NCBI GenBank assembly: GCA_963707915.1
Contig: OY970178.1
Location: 960,001 to 1,024,000, forward strand
Origin: Candidatus Eiseniibacteriota bacterium
Lineage (GTDB): Bacteria > Eisenbacteria > RBG-16-71-46
DNA length: 64,000 nucleotides
Direction: 5' to 3'
Shown: in pieces, positions 55,230 to 64,000 of the stretch
How the letters are laid out: each line of letters opens with the position of its first letter
Position numbering within the stretch: the first letter of the stretch is position 1
Position numbers and translations under genes: made by a program
The notes under the pieces: generated by a model
Database searches by the model: none
Told to the model about the DNA's origin: nothing
The model's input: the letters and a program-made list of their open reading frames with translations, nothing else

Positions 55230-56300
55230 TCACGCGAACTCCCCCAGTGCCTCGGCGATCTGCCGGCGGTGCGAAAGGTCGTGGTCGCCCCAGTACCGCA
55301 CCATCTCGGCGAGCGGGTACGCCCCGCGCACGGCGTGGATGCCGACCCTGCTCCAGTCGGCGCGGCCGAGCGGTGCCAGCCCCGCCAGCAACGCGCGCCG
55401 GGCCACCGTCCACTCCTCCAGCACCGCCGCCGGGGACTGCTCGTTGTAGGCCCGGCTGGCCTCCCATTCCGTCATGTCCAGGTCGGGGAACTCCGGGTTG
55501 CGCTCGGCAAGCATCCGGCCGAGCCGGGGCAGGAAGACGTCGCGGTCGGCGTCGCGGAGATGGCAGATCGTCTCGAGCGCCGACCAGCGTCCGGGCGCCG
55601 GGCGCCGGCGCCACAGGGCCTCGGCGTCGCGCTCGATGCGGTCGGCCACCCAGTCGGGGCTCTCCGTGAGCACCGTCAGCAGCTGCCCCCACTCGAGGAA
55701 GCTCATGGGTCCGCGCTGGCGTGCGCTGCGGCCCAGGTCGCTGCCGGCGGACGGGTGCGGCTCCGAGAAGCCACGCTCCGCATACGAGCGCGCGAGCGCC
55801 GCGTAGTGCTCGGTGCCGCGGCGCATCCCGGCGCGGTGCGTGTCGGTCACCTCGCCCGAGACCCTGGCCGGCATCCCCACGGCGATGCTCCCCGGCTCGA
55901 TGACCTGCCGCTCGCGCACCAGCGCCCCCGCGCCGATGAGGGAGCCGGCGCCGATGCGCGCGCCGGTCAGGACCACCGCACCCATCCCGATCAGGCAGTC
56001 GTCCTCGATCACGCAGCCGTGGATGATCGCCCCGTGCCCGATCGTCACCCGTGCGCCGATGAGCGCGGGGCTGCCCTCGTCCATGTGCACGACGCTGCCA
56101 TCCTGGATGTTCGAGTCCTCGCCCACCTCGATGCGGTCCACGTCTCCGCGCAGCACGGCGTTGAACCAGACGCTCGAGCGGGCGCCGAGCGTCACGTCGC
56201 CCACCACCACGGCGCCGGGGGCGATGAATGCCGTGGGGTGCAGACGCAGCCGCGCGCTCCACTCCCCCACCGCCCGCGCGTCGTGCTTCGGGTCACTCAT
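55230..56300 (-). CDS. Gamma-carbonic-anhydrase-like (YrdA/PaaY) domain fused to a DinB/S-transferase-like domain
   Basis: Hexapeptide region AVLRGD, NIQDGSVVH, TIGHGAIIHGC, then RRPAPGRWSALETICHL..D and HDLSHRRQI in one frame. Confidence 0.85.
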   Translation of the reverse strand: MSDPKHDARAVGEWSARLRLHPTAFIAPGAVVVGDVTLGARSSVWFNAVLRGDVDRIEVGEDSNIQDGSVVHMDEGSPALIGARVTIGHGAIIHGCVIEDDCLIGMGAVVLTGARIGAGSLIGAGALVRERQVIEPGSIAVGMPARVSGEVTDTHRAGMRRGTEHYAALARSYAERGFSEPHPSAGSDLGRSARQRGPMSFLEWGQLLTVLTESPDWVADRIERDAEALWRRRPAPGRWSALETICHLRDADRDVFLPRLGRMLAERNPEFPDLDMTEWEASRAYNEQSPAAVLEEWTVARRALLAGLAPLGRADWSRVGIHAVRGAYPLAEMVRYWGDHDLSHRRQIAEALGEFA

Positions 56301-56943
56301 GCGAACCTCCCTCCCCCACGTAGGGGTTGCCGGCGCGTTCCCGGCCCAGGGTCGTCGCCGGCCCGTGCCCGGGGTACACGCGCACCTCGTCACCGAGCGG
56401 GAACAGCCGGGTGCGGATCGAGCGCTCCAGCTCCTCGAAGGAGCCGCCGGGCAGGTCGGTGCGTCCGACCGAGCCCGCGAAGAGCGTGTCCCCCACCCAC
56501 AGGTCGTCCCCCGCGCGGAAGCAGACGCCGCCGGGCGAGTGCCCGGGCGTGTGGATCACCTCGATCGTCTCCTCGCCCAGCACGAGGCGCTGCCCGTCGG
56601 CGAGGTCGTTCACCCGGTCGGGCGCGCGGGCCGGCGCGAACCCGAGGGCGGCCCCCTGCTGGCTCATCCGGTCGAGCAGTGCGCGGTCCGCCGGGTGCAG
56701 CCAGAACTCCCCGCCCAACGCCTCCTGGACCGGCCGCACGCCGCAGACGTGGTCGTAGTGCCCGTGGGTGGCGAGCAGGTGACGCACCGTCAGCGACCCG
56801 GCGTGGGCCCGGACCCGGCGGACCACCGCCTCCGGGTCGAAGCCGACGTCCACCAGGGCACACTCGAGCGAGCGCTCGCAGACCAGCAGGTAGGTGGCGT
56901 TGTCGAGCGGCCCGAGGTGCAGGACGTGCTGCCGCAGCGCCAT
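56293..56943 (-). CDS. MBL-fold metallo-hydrolase (glyoxalase II/YcbL-like)
   Basis: THGHYDH, HTPGHSPG, GDTLF..GRTDL, PGHG. Confidence 0.92.
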   Translation of the reverse strand: MALRQHVLHLGPLDNATYLLVCERSLECALVDVGFDPEAVVRRVRAHAGSLTVRHLLATHGHYDHVCGVRPVQEALGGEFWLHPADRALLDRMSQQGAALGFAPARAPDRVNDLADGQRLVLGEETIEVIHTPGHSPGGVCFRAGDDLWVGDTLFAGSVGRTDLPGGSFEELERSIRTRLFPLGDEVRVYPGHGPATTLGRERAGNPYVGEGGSHE

Positions 56944-56944
56944 G

Positions 56945-58102
56945 TCAGATGACGTTCGCCTCGACCATCCCCTTCTGCTCGGCGAAGCGCTCGAGCCGCA
57001 GGGGCGAGAGGTCGAGGCTCGGCTTGCCGTCCACGATCCATTCGGTGATGAGCTGCCCCACCGCCGGCGCGTGCATGAAGCCGTGTCCGCTGAAGCCGTT
57101 CGCGAGCATCAGCCCGGAGACCCCTTGCGGCGGGCCCAGCACCGAGTTGTGGTCGGGGGTGGTCTCGTACAGGCCCGCCCAGCCGTTCGAGACCTCGGCC
57201 GCCTCCAGCGCGGGCACGCGGTGCATGGCGGGCTCGACGATGCGCTCGAGCAGGTCCCAGTTCACGCTCAGGTTGAAGCCCTCGGGCTCCTCGGGGTTGG
57301 CGTAGCCGAGCAGCAGCCCGCCGCTCTCGCGGTGCATGTAGACCCCGGACTTCAGGTCCACGATCATGGGCAGGTCCTCGCGCGCCATGGGCAGCGGCTC
57401 GGTGGTGAAGCAGTGCCGCCGGACGGCCTTCACCGGGAGGTCCACGCCGGCCCAGGCCGCGATCTCGGCCGCGTACGGCCCCGCCGCGTTCACCACCATC
57501 GGCGTGCTGACCGTGCCGCTCGCCGTGCGCACGCCGGTGACCCGGCGCCCGTCCATCACCAGCCCGACCGCCGGGTCGCCGAAGGCGAATACCGCCCCCA
57601 GCTGCCGGGCCCGCGTGACGTACGACTGCGTCACCTCGTGGGGATTGCCGAGGCCGTCATCCAGGCAGAAGGTCGCCCCCTGCAGGTCCTCGATGTTGAG
57701 CTCGGGCACGATCTCCCGGGCGCCCTCGGGGGTGAGCGTCCGCACCGGGAGCCCGAGCGAGCGCTGCATCTCGGCCTGGCGCTGGAACGTGGCCCACGAC
57801 CCGGGGTCGCCGAGCAGGAAGAGGTATCCGACCGGGAAGAACACCGGGTCGGTCTCCATCTCGACGTCGAACGTCTTGAAGCGCGCGATGGACATCATCG
57901 AGATGCGCACGTTGAGCGGGGTCGAGAACTGCGCCCGGATGCCGCCCGCCGCCTTCGATGTCGAGCCGGCCCCGGCGAAGGGCTCCTTCTCGAGCACCAC
58001 GACGTCCTTCACTCCCCGCCGCCCCAGTTCGTAGGCGATCGACGCCCCGATGCAGCCGGCGCCGATGATGACGACCGGAGCCGTGGCCGGCAGCCCGCTC
58101 AT
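56945..58102 (-). CDS. FAD-dependent oxidoreductase (sarcosine oxidase beta / DAO family)
   Basis: IIGAGCIG, GGIRAQFS, VNAAGP, WAGLYETTPD, GFSGHGFM. Confidence 0.9.
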   Translation of the reverse strand: MSGLPATAPVVIIGAGCIGASIAYELGRRGVKDVVVLEKEPFAGAGSTSKAAGGIRAQFSTPLNVRISMMSIARFKTFDVEMETDPVFFPVGYLFLLGDPGSWATFQRQAEMQRSLGLPVRTLTPEGAREIVPELNIEDLQGATFCLDDGLGNPHEVTQSYVTRARQLGAVFAFGDPAVGLVMDGRRVTGVRTASGTVSTPMVVNAAGPYAAEIAAWAGVDLPVKAVRRHCFTTEPLPMAREDLPMIVDLKSGVYMHRESGGLLLGYANPEEPEGFNLSVNWDLLERIVEPAMHRVPALEAAEVSNGWAGLYETTPDHNSVLGPPQGVSGLMLANGFSGHGFMHAPAVGQLITEWIVDGKPSLDLSPLRLERFAEQKGMVEANVI

Positions 58103-58522
58103 GCGACCCTCCGATTGGAACGCTGCAGCCGCAGCGCGTCCGGTTCTGCGGACCGGTGCCCGTCGTCGCCCCGGCCCGGGCGCGGACCCCGCGTCACGCG
58201 CGCGGCAGGTCCCGCCAGCGATGTCCCGACTGCGCGGACGCCGCACCGCGGCGCCCGCTCTCCGGCCTGCGACCGCGGGAGCCGCGGTCTGCGGCACCCG
58301 AGCCGCCGACGCGTCCCGCTCACCCCAACGCGGACCGCCGGGGAGTCTAGGCCACGAGCGCGCCGATGGCGAGTCGGGCCGGGGTATCCGAAAGGCCCTC
58401 CAACTGGGTCCTGCCCCTTCGGCGCCGATGGCCCGGCCCGGCGGCGCGCCGCTGCGACGCGCGGCCCGGGCACGGGGCAGGCCGGCCGTGTTCGCGGCCG
58501 GCCTGCGCGCGATCGCGTCGAT

Positions 58523-59323
58523 TCAGCGCTTCGGCTTCGCCTTCGGCGCCGACTTCGCCAGCCGATCGCGCGCCAGCTGCGCCTCTCCCGACAGCGGGAA
58601 GCCCTTCACCAGCTCCTCGAGGACCTTCCGGGCCTGGGCCGCCTGGCCCAGCTTCTCGCGGCACAGGGCGAGCTTCCAGAGCCCGGCCGGCACGCGGTCG
58701 CCCTGCGGGTAGAGGCTCTGGATCCGCTCGTACTCGACGGCGGCGCTGTCGAACTGCGCCTGTGCGAACAGGCACTCCCCCACGCCGTACTGGGCGTTGT
58801 CCGCCAGGTCCGTGGCCGGAAACCGCTGGACGTACTCCCGGAAGCCCTGCAACGCGAGCGGGTAGCGTCCCTGCGTCAGGTCCTGCGACGCCTGCTCGTA
58901 GAGCTGGTTCGGGTCCGGCCCCGCCGCTGCCGCCGGGGGCTGCGTCGCGCGCTGCTGGATCTGGTTGAAGCGCCCCATCACCTCGTCCAGCTTGCCCTCG
59001 AGCCGCCCCATCTGCTCGAAGAGGTCCTGCGTGGTGCTGCCGCTCGAGGCGCGGGAACTGAGCAGGATGTCCCGCTGCTCGGACAGGTCCCGCCGCACGT
59101 CACCCAGCACGCGGTACGAGACCGAATCCCGCACCCGCAGGGTGTCGACCTGGGTGCGCAGGCTGTCGAGCCCCGACTGGATCAAGGCGAGCTGTGGAGC
59201 GACGCAGCCCGCCAGCGGCACGGCGAGCGCCAGCAGCAGCCCGGCGAGCAGCGCGCCGGCCGCCCGCGACCGGGCCGGCGGCCGGCCCCCGCCGGCCGCC
59301 GTCGCCACGCTCCGCCTGGTCAT
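58523..59323 (-). CDS. cpoB: Tol-Pal system protein CpoB/YbgF (TPR)
   Basis: Lipobox LAGC, coiled coil, LADNAQY TPR pattern. Follows pal. Confidence 0.88.
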   Translation of the reverse strand: MTRRSVATAAGGGRPPARSRAAGALLAGLLLALAVPLAGCVAPQLALIQSGLDSLRTQVDTLRVRDSVSYRVLGDVRRDLSEQRDILLSSRASSGSTTQDLFEQMGRLEGKLDEVMGRFNQIQQRATQPPAAAAGPDPNQLYEQASQDLTQGRYPLALQGFREYVQRFPATDLADNAQYGVGECLFAQAQFDSAAVEYERIQSLYPQGDRVPAGLWKLALCREKLGQAAQARKVLEELVKGFPLSGEAQLARDRLAKSAPKAKPKR

Positions 59324-59844
59324 CGAAGCACGAAGTGAGCGCGCCGGTTCTGGGCCCACGCGGACTCGTCGTGGCCCTCGGCGAACGGCCGCTCCTTCCC
59401 GTAGGAGATCGTCTGGATGCGCGCGGCCGGCACCCCGGCGTTCACCAGGTAGTCGCGCGCCGCGTTCGCACGCTTCTCGCCCAGGGCCTGGTTGTACTCG
59501 ACCGTCCCGCGCTCGTCGCAGTGGCCCTCGAGCGTGATGCTCACGTCGGCCTTGTCGCGAAGCAGCCTGGCGGCCTTGTCCAGCGCCACCCTGGCGTCGT
59601 CGCGCAGCGCGTAGGAATCCAGGTCGAAGAACACGTCCGTGAAGTCACCGGCGGTGACCGTGGGCACCGGGACCGGGGTCTCGGCCGGCGCCGGCGGGGT
59701 CGGCTCCGGCGTCACGGGCTGGACCACGGGCGGGGCCGGCGGCGGCGTGGGCGGCGCTTCCACGGCCTTCTTGGCGCAGCCTGCCGCGAACAGGACGGCG
59801 AGCGCCATCGTCGCCACGAGGAGCAGCGCTGGGGATTTCTTCAT
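59320..59844 (-). CDS. pal: Peptidoglycan-associated lipoprotein
   Basis: AAGC lipobox, [32 protein letters not shown]. Confidence 0.96.
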   Translation of the reverse strand: MKKSPALLLVATMALAVLFAAGCAKKAVEAPPTPPPAPPVVQPVTPEPTPPAPAETPVPVPTVTAGDFTDVFFDLDSYALRDDARVALDKAARLLRDKADVSITLEGHCDERGTVEYNQALGEKRANAARDYLVNAGVPAARIQTISYGKERPFAEGHDESAWAQNRRAHFVLR

Positions 59845-61148
59845 GGTCTTCCTCCGGGGTTTGAGGGTGGAGCGTCCGTCGATATGTTTCCGGCCGCGCG
59901 GCTCGCGGACGGGGACCACGACGGCGACATGGCCGTGCGCCCCCCCGTGTCGAGCTTCCGCGGCGGTCGTCCGTCGAGGTCCGAGACGTACAGAGCATAG
60001 GCCCCTTCGCGGTTCGAGGCGAACACCAGGTGCCTCCCGTCCGGGGACCAGCGCGGGTTCTCGTTGCTGCTGCCGCCGACCACCAGGCGCGCGTTCGCGC
60101 CGTCGGCGCCGCAGACGTACACGTCGAAGCCCGCGGACGTGCGGCTCACGAAGGCGACGAGGTCGCCGCGCGGCGACCAGGCCGGCGAATCGGAGTAGCC
60201 CACCTCGTAGGTCAGCCGGCGGACGTTGCCCCCGTCGCGGTCCATCACGTAGACCTGCGGGGTGCCGCTGCGGTCCGAGGTGAAGGCGATCTCGCGCCCG
60301 GTGGGCGACCAGCAGGGCGAGGTGTCGATCGCGCGGTTGTCGGTGAGCCGCCGCGGCGATCCTCCGCGCGCGTCGAGCACGTAGATCTCGGAGTTGCCGT
60401 CCTTGCTCAGCGTGCAGGCGATCTCGCGGCCGTCGGGTGAGTACGCGGGGCTGGTGTTGAGCCCGGGTCGCGTCGAGACCGGGTAGAGCTTGCCCCCCGT
60501 CGCGGAGACGACGTAGAGGCGCGGCGAGCCGCCGTCGCGATAGGTGCTGAACGCCAGCAGCGAACCGTCCGGCGACCAGGACGGCGAGAGCGCGATGGAG
60601 CGGTCGCGCGTGAGCGGACGAGCGCCGGCGCCATCCAGGTCCATGACCCAGAGCTCCTTGTTCCGCCCCTCGACCGAGATGAAGGCGATGCGCGTGCCGG
60701 CCACGCCGGGCTCCCCCGTGAACTGCAGCACGACGTCGTCGGCGAACTGGTGCACCAAGGCGCGCCAGTCGGCGGTCCGCCCGCGGTAGGTCTTCGACAG
60801 GATCGGGCGGCGCGCCGGGAAGTCGCGGACCTCGCCCTCGAGCGTGATCTGGTCGCCGGTCGCCTTCCAGCGCCCGCCGGTCACGGCCTGCACGTCGAAC
60901 GGCGGCTGCCCCGCCCAGGCCCGCGAGACCAGGAACACGGCCGACTGCTCGAGGTCGTTCGCCAGCACCTCGTCGGCCTGGCGCGCCGCGGGCGCCCCGG
61001 CCGGCAGCCGGCCGGCGGTGAAGGCCTCGCAGTAGAGCTGCGTGCGGCGCCCGCCGCCCGCGATGTCGATGCGCACCTCGCGGGTCTGCCCGAAGGCGGC
61101 CGGGGCCCCCAGCACGGCCAGCAGCAGGATCAGCGGCAGCCGCCTCAT
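59841..61148 (-). CDS. tolB: TolB
   Basis: Signal peptide, TRIAF, repeated SPxWSPDG PD40 motifs, operon context. Confidence 0.93.
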   Translation of the reverse strand: MRRLPLILLLAVLGAPAAFGQTREVRIDIAGGGRRTQLYCEAFTAGRLPAGAPAARQADEVLANDLEQSAVFLVSRAWAGQPPFDVQAVTGGRWKATGDQITLEGEVRDFPARRPILSKTYRGRTADWRALVHQFADDVVLQFTGEPGVAGTRIAFISVEGRNKELWVMDLDGAGARPLTRDRSIALSPSWSPDGSLLAFSTYRDGGSPRLYVVSATGGKLYPVSTRPGLNTSPAYSPDGREIACTLSKDGNSEIYVLDARGGSPRRLTDNRAIDTSPCWSPTGREIAFTSDRSGTPQVYVMDRDGGNVRRLTYEVGYSDSPAWSPRGDLVAFVSRTSAGFDVYVCGADGANARLVVGGSSNENPRWSPDGRHLVFASNREGAYALYVSDLDGRPPRKLDTGGRTAMSPSWSPSASRAAGNISTDAPPSNPGGRP

Positions 61149-61801
61149 GGGCGCGTGTACTCGAAGCCGAAGTGGATCCCGAGGTCGGAGCCCGGGAAGC
61201 CGAGGGGCAACGGGGGCAGCGGGTCGCTCAGGGTGACGGCCCGCAGCGAGGCGCGGTCGAAGAACTCGATGCCGCTGCCGCTCTCGAGCCGGATGGCCGA
61301 CACGCCGCCCCCGCGGCCGACACGGAAGTAGACCACGGCGCGCACCGGGCGGCCGCTCTCCAGGCCGGCCGGGGGGGTCCAGTTCTGCGCCACCTTGTTG
61401 CGGATCAGCATGAGGTAGTAGGTGAACTCGAAGTCGCGGGCGTCCACGGCGAGGCCGCCGCTCAGGCCCGCGCTCCCCACCCGCGCGTACGGCAGGGCCG
61501 GCCCCGGGGCGGGCGGCGCCGCCTCCTCCCGCGCGGGCGCGGCCGGCTTCGCGGGCTTCCGGGGTGCCACCAGCTTCACGCCCTCGGCGTTCTCCGGCTG
61601 GATGTCGGGGACCTTCATGGCGGCCTTCTCCGGCGCCGCCGGGGCGACGTCCCCCCTCGGCATCGCCCCCGGCTCGACCAGGGCGACCTGCACCACGTCC
61701 GGCCCCGGCACGATCAACGGCTCGCCCTGGCGCACCGCGAGGACCACCGCCAGGAGCGCGATGTGGACCGCGGCCGAGCCGGCCAGGGCGCTCCGCGTCA
61801 C
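61145..61801 (-). CDS. tolA: TolA/TonB-family protein
   Basis: TM motif SAAVH, Pro/Ala-rich linker, [22 protein letters not shown]-domain. Confidence 0.8.
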   Translation of the reverse strand: MTRSALAGSAAVHIALLAVVLAVRQGEPLIVPGPDVVQVALVEPGAMPRGDVAPAAPEKAAMKVPDIQPENAEGVKLVAPRKPAKPAAPAREEAAPPAPGPALPYARVGSAGLSGGLAVDARDFEFTYYLMLIRNKVAQNWTPPAGLESGRPVRAVVYFRVGRGGGVSAIRLESGSGIEFFDRASLRAVTLSDPLPPLPLGFPGSDLGIHFGFEYTRP

Positions 61802-62205
61802 CGGTGGGCCTGCGGCGTCGGCGGCTGGGTCACCAGCCCGAGCGAGGCCACCCCGGCACGCCTCATGCGCGCGATCAGCTCGACGATGGTCCCGTACGGC
61901 ACGCCGGTGTCGGCCTTGAGGAAGACCGGGCGCCGCGACGCGCCGGCCCGGGCGAGCGCGTCCTCGAACCGGGCCTCGGGGACCACCGAGTTCCCCACCG
62001 CCACCGTGCGGTCCGCCCGTACGCTCACGATCAGCCCCTCGCGCACGTCGAGCCCGCGGGTGGCGACGCGCGGCAGGTCGATCTCGAGCCCGCCCTGCAG
62101 GAACGGCGCGGTCACCATGAAGATGATGAGCAGCACGAGCACGACGTCCACGAACGGCGTGACGTTGATCTCGGCCATCGGGACGCGCGGGACGCCGCTC
62201 TTCAC
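61798..62205 (-). CDS. tolR: TolR/ExbD
   Basis: MAEINVTPFVDVVLVLLIIFMVTAP, LKAD..VPYG. Confidence 0.9.
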   Translation of the reverse strand: MKSGVPRVPMAEINVTPFVDVVLVLLIIFMVTAPFLQGGLEIDLPRVATRGLDVREGLIVSVRADRTVAVGNSVVPEARFEDALARAGASRRPVFLKADTGVPYGTIVELIARMRRAGVASLGLVTQPPTPQAHR

Positions 62206-62891
62206 GCGACCGGACCTCCCGTCCGGCGGTCGAGATACTCGGTCACGAACGTGGCGCTGGCGGTGCTGATGACGCGCAGCCGCGTGAGCAGGTGGTTGTA
62301 GCCCACCACCGCCGGGATCGCCGCCGCCAGGCCCGCCACCGTGGTGATGAGCGCCTCGGCGATGCCGGGCGCGACCACCACCAGGGACGCGGAGCCCTGC
62401 GCGCCGATGCTGAGGAACGCGCTCATCACGCCCCACACCGTGCCCATGAGCCCGATGAAGGGCGACACGCTGCCGGCCGTGGCCAGGAACCCGACGTGGT
62501 GCTCGAGGCGCGCCAGCTCGTCGCCGGCGAAGCGTTCCATGGCGCGCTGGGCCCGCTCGTAGCGCGAAGCCGGCGTGGCCCCGGCCCCGGGCGGCTCCGC
62601 CAGCGAGCGTTCGCCGACGCGCGCCAGGCGGCCGAGCACGCTGGCCGGGTGCCGCTCGGGCTGCGGCTCGTCCGCGCGCGCCGCCCGGAACGCGGCGAGG
62701 AACTCCCGGTCCTCGCGCTGCACGCGGACGTAGAGCCGCAGCCGCTCCACGATGATCGCCCAGGTGTAGACCGAGATCCCCAGCAGCAGCAGCAGGATGA
62801 ACTTGGCGAACCAGCCGGAGGAGGCGACGAGAGCGGGGACGGACGCGCGCAATCCGACGCTGGCCTGCAGGATGAAGATACCCAATGCCAT
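62202..62891 (-). CDS. tolQ: TolQ/ExbB proton channel
   Basis: SPFIGLMGTVWG, PGIAEALITT..GL.AAIPA. Confidence 0.92.
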   Translation of the reverse strand: MALGIFILQASVGLRASVPALVASSGWFAKFILLLLLGISVYTWAIIVERLRLYVRVQREDREFLAAFRAARADEPQPERHPASVLGRLARVGERSLAEPPGAGATPASRYERAQRAMERFAGDELARLEHHVGFLATAGSVSPFIGLMGTVWGVMSAFLSIGAQGSASLVVVAPGIAEALITTVAGLAAAIPAVVGYNHLLTRLRVISTASATFVTEYLDRRTGGPVA

Positions 62892-63299
62892 GGGCCTCAC
62901 GCTCCCTGTGAAGGTGGGTCGGGTGGAGATCCCGGCCGCCACCCGGCGCCGCGGCCCTTCCTGGCCGCGAACCGGGCTGGTGCCGCTACGCTAGCATACG
63001 CACCGGGGCCTCTCAAGATGTGAGGCGGCTCCGGACGGCGCGGCTGCAGGGGTTTCCGCTGCCGGTGGAAGCCGGCCCGGAGAGGACACGCTGCAGCGCC
63101 CGGCGCGGGCCGGACGGCGCGTCGTCACCGGCGCGAGGCGCCCCGCCGCGGGCGGGACAAGTCAGGTGCATGCAAAGAAGTGCGCGCGCGCCCGCCCCAC
63201 GCGACTCAGAAAGGGTACAGTCGCACCGTCGAGACATCCAGGGTCGGAGTGGCCCGCCCTCCGGCGGCCCCGCAGCATCCTCTCGAAAGGAATGACCGG

Positions 63300-63800
63300 T
63301 TGAGACGCTTCATCCTCCCCGCGGCGCTGTCGATCGCCATCCTCGGCGTCGTCCTCGGATGGCAGTCCCTCACTCCGGCCGAATCGGAACGAGACCGGGC
63401 CCGGCCGTTCGCGGTGCGGACGCTCGACGGCCGCACCCTGCGCTTCGACGAGTTGCGCGGGCGCCCCGTCATCCTCGATTTCTGGGCGACGTGGTGCGTG
63501 CCGTGCCGGGCGAGCATGCCCCAGTTGAGCCTGATGCAGGGCCGCTACGGCACCCGCGGCCTCGTGGTCGTGGGGCTCTCGGTGGACGACGGCCCGCTCG
63601 AGGCGGTGCGGCGTTTCTCGGACGGGCTGCGGCTGCGCTTCCCGGTGGCGATGGCGAGCGAGGGCATGCTCGACGACTACGGTCCCATCCGCTCCATCCC
63701 GACGACGATCTTCATCGACCGGCAGGGCCGGATCGTGCGCCGCGTGTCGGGCTACGTCGACGAGGAGACCCTCGAAGGGTTCGTCCGCGAGATCCTGTAG
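63300..63800 (+). CDS. TlpA/ResA-like thiol-disulfide oxidoreductase; TTG start inferred
   Basis: N-terminal TM segment, LDFWATWCVPC, SIPTTIFIDRQG. Confidence 0.9.
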   Translation: MRRFILPAALSIAILGVVLGWQSLTPAESERDRARPFAVRTLDGRTLRFDELRGRPVILDFWATWCVPCRASMPQLSLMQGRYGTRGLVVVGLSVDDGPLEAVRRFSDGLRLRFPVAMASEGMLDDYGPIRSIPTTIFIDRQGRIVRRVSGYVDEETLEGFVREIL

Positions 63801-63882
63801 ACGGACACCACGCACAGGGCGGCCACCTCCGCGAAGAGCTGGCCGCCCCGGGCACGGTGCCATGAACCGGCGTCGGCCGGCG

Positions 63883-64000
63883 TCAATGCACCAGCGCCAC
63901 CTTGCGGGTGTAGTGCTCCCCCTCGGCGCTCAGCCGGAGGAAGTAGACTCCCACCGCGCTCGCCGCACCGCTGTCGTCGCGACCGTCCCACGGGAGTTCA
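63883..64000 (-). CDS. C-terminus of a protein ending in a FlgD-Ig-like / sorting-type domain (partial)
   Basis: Manual translation ELPWDGRDDSGAASAVGVYFLRLSAEGEHYTRKVALVH-stop. Confidence 0.8.
   Translation of the reverse strand, partial: ELPWDGRDDSGAASAVGVYFLRLSAEGEHYTRKVALVH

Noticed and set aside
58200..58300. Glycine-riboswitch-like GGAGAG..CGCCG upstream of the sarcosine-oxidase-like gene
   Set aside because: The GAAG and CUCUCAGG core elements were not found.
62892..63299. About 400-bp gap between divergent tolQ and tlpA as a possible ncRNA
   Set aside because: No recognisable RNA family motif. Divergent promoters explain the spacing adequately.

Overview
Very GC-rich, gene-dense bacterial chromosome segment from a diderm organism (complete tolQRAB-pal-cpoB operon, and a FlgD-Ig/sorting-type C-terminal domain at the right edge). 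A lineage such as Candidatus Eisenbacteria is plausible, but that is inference only. About 60 protein-coding genes are recognisable. They include many peptidases (two tandem PepF, a frameshifted M3 peptidase, two M29-like aminopeptidases), a histidine ammonia-lyase-family enzyme, malic enzyme, an ABC-F ATPase and a Ser/Thr kinase. A long minus-strand run carries murJ-bshC-bshB1-bshA-epimerase-histidine kinase-rsgA-thrC-nfeD-slipin; hsp20-dnaK, a lone nuoI and dcd follow. I saw no rRNA, tRNA, CRISPR array or transposase. Most notable: (1) a satD/DUF3307 two-gene module with three copies of a TCAACC-N6-GGTTGA palindrome placed at its promoter, its ribosome-binding site and the gene junction; (2) an ammonia-lyase whose MIO tripeptide is Ala-Cys-Gly instead of Ala-Ser-Gly; (3) bacillithiol biosynthesis genes plus a gamma-carbonic-anhydrase/DinB fusion; (4) an orphan BMC-T shell gene; (5) a 33-aa basic microprotein with its own expression signals; (6) repeated leaderless-type promoters. 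All product calls come from motif recognition by eye, not from database searches.
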